64,000 nt of DNA from Massalongia carnosa (taxonomy: Eukaryota): the NCBI GenBank assembly GCA_965645245.1, contig OZ287085.1, positions 1,054,001 to 1,118,000 of the forward strand, in the 5' to 3' direction. The notes under the pieces were generated by a model. It was not told the origin of the DNA, made no database searches, and saw only the letters and a program-made list of their open reading frames with translations. A program made the translations under genes and the position numbers. Shown one piece after another: positions 62,540 through 64,000 of this stretch; within the stretch, counting starts at the first letter, position 1, and each line of letters begins with the position of its first letter.

Positions 62540-63250
62540 GATGAATGATGCAGCAAGGATCAAACCTTGGAACTGAATTTCCGAAGTCTGTCTCTGGATC
62601 AAAGTATGTTGAGTGGTGATGCAGCAAAAGTCAGAATGAAGTCTGCCCTTGGGTCAACGTCAGTCATTTGATGATTCAGCAGAAATCGGACCCTGAAAGA
62701 TATTTTAGATGGTCGGTCTCTGGGTCAAAGTAAGTTGAGTGGTGATGCAGCAAAAGTCAGAATGAAGTCTGCCCTTGGGTCAACGTCAGTCAATTGATGA
62801 TTCAGCAGAAATCAGAGTTTCATGAGTGGTCAAGGCCGCGCTGCGCGGTTTTTGAACAAAACTCAGTGAAAAGGTCTGTTCCTGGGTCAAAGTCAAATGA
62901 ATGATGATGCAGCAGAGGTCAATCGTTGGAACTGGTCCACTGGAGTTCTGTCTCTGGGTCAAAGTCAAATGAATGATGATGCAGCAGAGGTCACTCATTG
63001 GAACTGGTCCACTGGAGTTCTGTCTCTGGGTCAAAGTCAAATGAATAATGATGCAGCAGAGGTCACTCATTGGAACTGGTCCACTGGAGTCTGTCTCTGG
63101 GTCAATGTCAAATGAGTGATGATGCAGCAGAGGTCAAACCTTGGAGCTAGTCCACTGGAGTCTGCCTCTGGGTCAAAAGTCAAATGGATGGTGATGCAGC
63201 AGAGGTCAAACAATGGAATTGGTCCACTGGAGTCTGCCTCTGGGTCAACG
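62540..63250. repeat. ~72-bp tandem repeats in the Copia 5' leader
   Basis: CTGGGTCAAAGTCAAATGAATGATGATGCAGCAGAGGTC...GGTCCACTGGAG occurs about five times at 62882-63250, with degenerate copies further left. Confidence 0.9.
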
Positions 63251-64000
63251 TCATCCTCCGGAGTGCCTCTCAGATATTCGGGCATGAGAGCATTCTGATG
63301 GTCTGATATGAAGAGAATGTCTTCTGATGCTTGTAGTCTGGCAAAGAGCCTCTCTGCTTATAATGTAGATGATTTCCATGCTCTTTCTGATAACCCTTTG
63401 TAGGTAGGGAACGCTGGATCAGGTGGCGTTGTTGTTAAACGTCTCTATCTGATTGAGAGGTTGTCATGATGTGCTTTCACGAAGCTGTTCAACTAGCTAG
63501 ACTTGCGGGTGCGAATCCCGCCTGATTCAGGTCTGTAAACAAGTAGAGATTTAGTCTTTGCATTGTCCATCTAGTTCTTTTCGAGAAACGATAATGATGC
63601 TCAGCTAATGATTTTGCATCGTGATGCTGCGGATAAGAATTGCTTCGATTCCTGTATGATCGATAGCGCCCTTCCGGGCTCATAACCTGTTGAATAGGTC
63701 TATGACTATGGCTATATGACTATGTAAAGATAGGGGCCTGTATGACCATGATGTTAAGGATGCAGAGTTGCTACGGAGTGCAGAGCAATCTGTTCCCTTT
63801 ATATTGGTCACCTCTGCTAAGCGAGATGATAATAGTTTATCCGAGCCTCTATGCGATTAGATTAGATCTGATTTTATCTAATCTATCGACTAGGCAATGC
63901 TGGTAGAAGTTGAACATTCAACATATACATTTTTATTTATTACATAGCCTTATATGCATAGTTATATACCTATCCCAACAAAACTCACAGTATAGATTTA

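Larger units (their letters stand above)
57566..63923 (-). mobile_element. Full-length, young Ty1/Copia retrotransposon
   Basis: 236-bp LTRs at 57566-57801 and 63688-63923 that look identical. TSD TATAC, PBS GGTTATGAGCCC, PPT GAGGGAGGG, domain order gag-PR-IN-RT-RH. Confidence 0.97.

Overview
Fungal (filamentous ascomycete-like) DNA with short spliceosomal introns and RIP-like C>T/G>A decay. The left ~34 kb holds three copies of a ~9.6-kb segment: copy A at 1-~8125 is inverted and cut by the window edge, while copies B (~12545-22158) and C (~24747-34435) are direct repeats. Each copy carries a phosphoketolase (xfp) pseudogene, an ankyrin remnant, an intact NB-ARC-TPR NLR, and a divergently transcribed SesB-like alpha/beta-hydrolase gene that is disrupted. 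Between the inverted arms are an intact L-lactate dehydrogenase gene and an intact formate-nitrite-family (FNT) channel gene. The most notable signal appears only after splicing. The effector-less NLR N-terminus (FGTISGNQGAVVGDVSGHAKVIGSQINNIVQYP) aligns with the C-terminal exon of the neighbouring hydrolase (FRDKIDNNRGVIMGNANSTATDGVRITGSNITVRITYP). This is the layout of an NLR-to-effector amyloid signalling pair, and the motif does not obviously match the HET-s, PP or sigma patterns. The right ~30 kb is a nest of retroelements: Gypsy/chromovirus, Tad1-like LINEs, solo LTRs, a TRIM, and a young Copia with a probable UGA read-through signal. All exon calls and alignments were made by eye.
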